A stretch of DNA of 64,000 nucleotides from Felis catus (lineage: Eukaryota), in assembly GCF_018350175.1 (NCBI RefSeq), contig NC_058368.1, forward strand, positions 210,616,001-210,680,000, read 5' to 3'. The notes beneath the pieces were generated by a model. The model searched no databases and was not told the DNA's origin. It was given only the letters and a program-made list of their open reading frames with translations. This document shows, one piece after another, positions 62,321 to 64,000 of the stretch. A program made the position numbers and the translations under genes. The number at the start of each line of letters is the position of its first letter. The stretch's first letter is position 1.

Positions 62321-64000
62321 AAAGTAGTGCTCACTGGTGCAGGGCAAATAGCAAGATTTAAAACACATAAGGGACAGAAAACTAGTCAAAATGATGAAAC
62401 AGAAGAATTCTCCTCAAAAGAAATTCCAGGAAGAAATGACAGCTAAATAATTGCTCAAAACAAATATAAACAATATAACTGAAAAAGATTTTAGAATAAT
62501 AGTCATAAAATTAATATCTGGGCTTGAAAAAAGCATAGAAGACAGCAGAGAATCTATTGCTGCAGAGATCAGGAACTAAAAAATACTTATGTTGAATTAA
62601 ATAATGTTGTAAATGAGGTGCAAAATAAACTAGAGGTGGTCACCATGAGGATTGAAGAGGCAGAGGGGAGAATAAGTGAAACAGAAGATAAAATTATGGA
62701 AAAAGATGAAGCTGAAAAAGGGTAGATAAAAAAAATTCTAGACCACGAGGGGAGAATTAGAGAACTAAGTGATTCAATGAAATGTAATAATATCTATATC
62801 ATAGGAGTTCCAGAAGAAGAGGAAGAGAGAGAGAAAGGGACAGAAAGTGTACTTGAACAAATCATAGCTGAGAACTTCCCCAATCTGGGGAAGGAAACAG
62901 ACACTGAAATCCGGAAGGCACAGAGAACACCCTTCAGACATAACAGGAATTGATCTTCTGCATGACAAACCATAGTGAAACTGGCAAAATACAAAGACAA
63001 AGAGGGAATTCTGAAAGCAGCTAGGGACAAACGGGCCTTAACCTACAAAGGTAGGCATATAAGGGTAGTAGCAGACCTATCTAATGAAACTTGGCAGGCC
63101 AGAAGTGAGTGGCAGGAAATATTCAATATGCTGAATAGGAAAAATATACAGCCAAGGATTCTTTATCCAGCAAAGCTGTCATTCAGAATAGGAGAGATAA
63201 AGTTTTCCCAGAGAAACAAAAACTAAAGGAGTTCATCACCAACTAAACCAGCCCTACAAGATATCCGAAGGAGGACTCTGTGAATGGAATGTTGCAAAGA
63301 CCACAAAGACCAGAGACATCACTACAAGCATGAAGCCTACAGATAACACAATGACTCTAAATCCATACCTTTAAAATAATAACATTCAATGTAAATGGAC
63401 TAAATGCTCCAATAAAAAGACATAAGGTATCAGAATGGATAAAAAAACAAGACCCATCTATTTTCTGTCTACAAGAGACTCATTTTAGACCTGAGGGCAC
63501 CTTCAGATTGAAACTGAGGGGACCATCTATCATGATACTGGAAGTCAAAAGGAAGCCAGAGTAGCCATACTTATAAAAGACAAATTAGATTCTAAACTAA
63601 AGGCTGTAACAAGAGATGAAGAAGAGCATATATCATAATTGTGGGGTCTATCCATCAAGAAGAGCTAACCATTACAAATGTTTATGCACCCAATTCAGAG
63701 ACACTCAAATATATAAAACAATTAGTCACAAACATAAGCAACCTTATTGATAAGAATGTGGTAATTGTAGGGGACTTTAATACTTCACTTACAACAATGG
63801 ACAGATCATCTAGGCAGAAAATCAAGAAATAAACAATGGTCCTGAATGATACACTGGACCAGATGGACTTGACATATATTCAGAGTTTTTCATCCTAAAG
63901 AAGCAGAATACACATTCTTCTCAAGTGCACATGGAACATTCTCCAAGATAGATCACATACTGGCTCACAAAAGAATTGAGATCATACTGTGCATATTTTC

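Larger units (their letters stand above)
60003..64000 (+). mobile_element. Decayed carnivore L1: 5'UTR, ORF1 (about 62391-63283) and ORF2 endonuclease start (from 63351); runs off the window; antisense to SPEF2
   Basis: 5' end with YY1-like CCAACATGGC and a GC-rich UTR. ORF1 peptide ILKAARDKRALTYKGRHIRVVADLSNETWQAR...QPRILYPAKLSF. ORF2 motifs NVNGLNAPIKR, CLQETH, GDFNT, FSKIDH. Several stops and frameshifts. Confidence 0.95.

Overview
This is mammalian genomic DNA from a cat-family (Felidae) species, judged from abundant CAN-SINEs including young SINEC_Fc-type copies and carnivore L1. Two protein-coding genes lie on the minus strand in the known SPEF2->IL7R order. At the left is the 5' end of IL7R (coding exons 1-2, promoter and upstream CNS1-type enhancer). 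At the right are the last five coding exons of SPEF2. About 30 kb of repeat-rich intergenic DNA separates them, and the window ends inside the 5' half of a decayed L1. Almost all other ORFs in the track are repeat-derived or chance. I see no new gene family or clearly novel system. The best leads are regulatory or RNA-processing hypotheses: an inverted SINE pair bracketing IL7R exon 2, an IL7R exon-1 splice donor that also spells an AP-1/IRF composite element, a dense T-cell enhancer-like motif cluster in the last SPEF2 intron, an antisense L1 in a SPEF2 intron, and an AT-rich palindrome inside that L1. Gene calls rest on recognising the translated peptides from memory. Repeat subfamily names and boundaries are approximate, and motif calls are untested.
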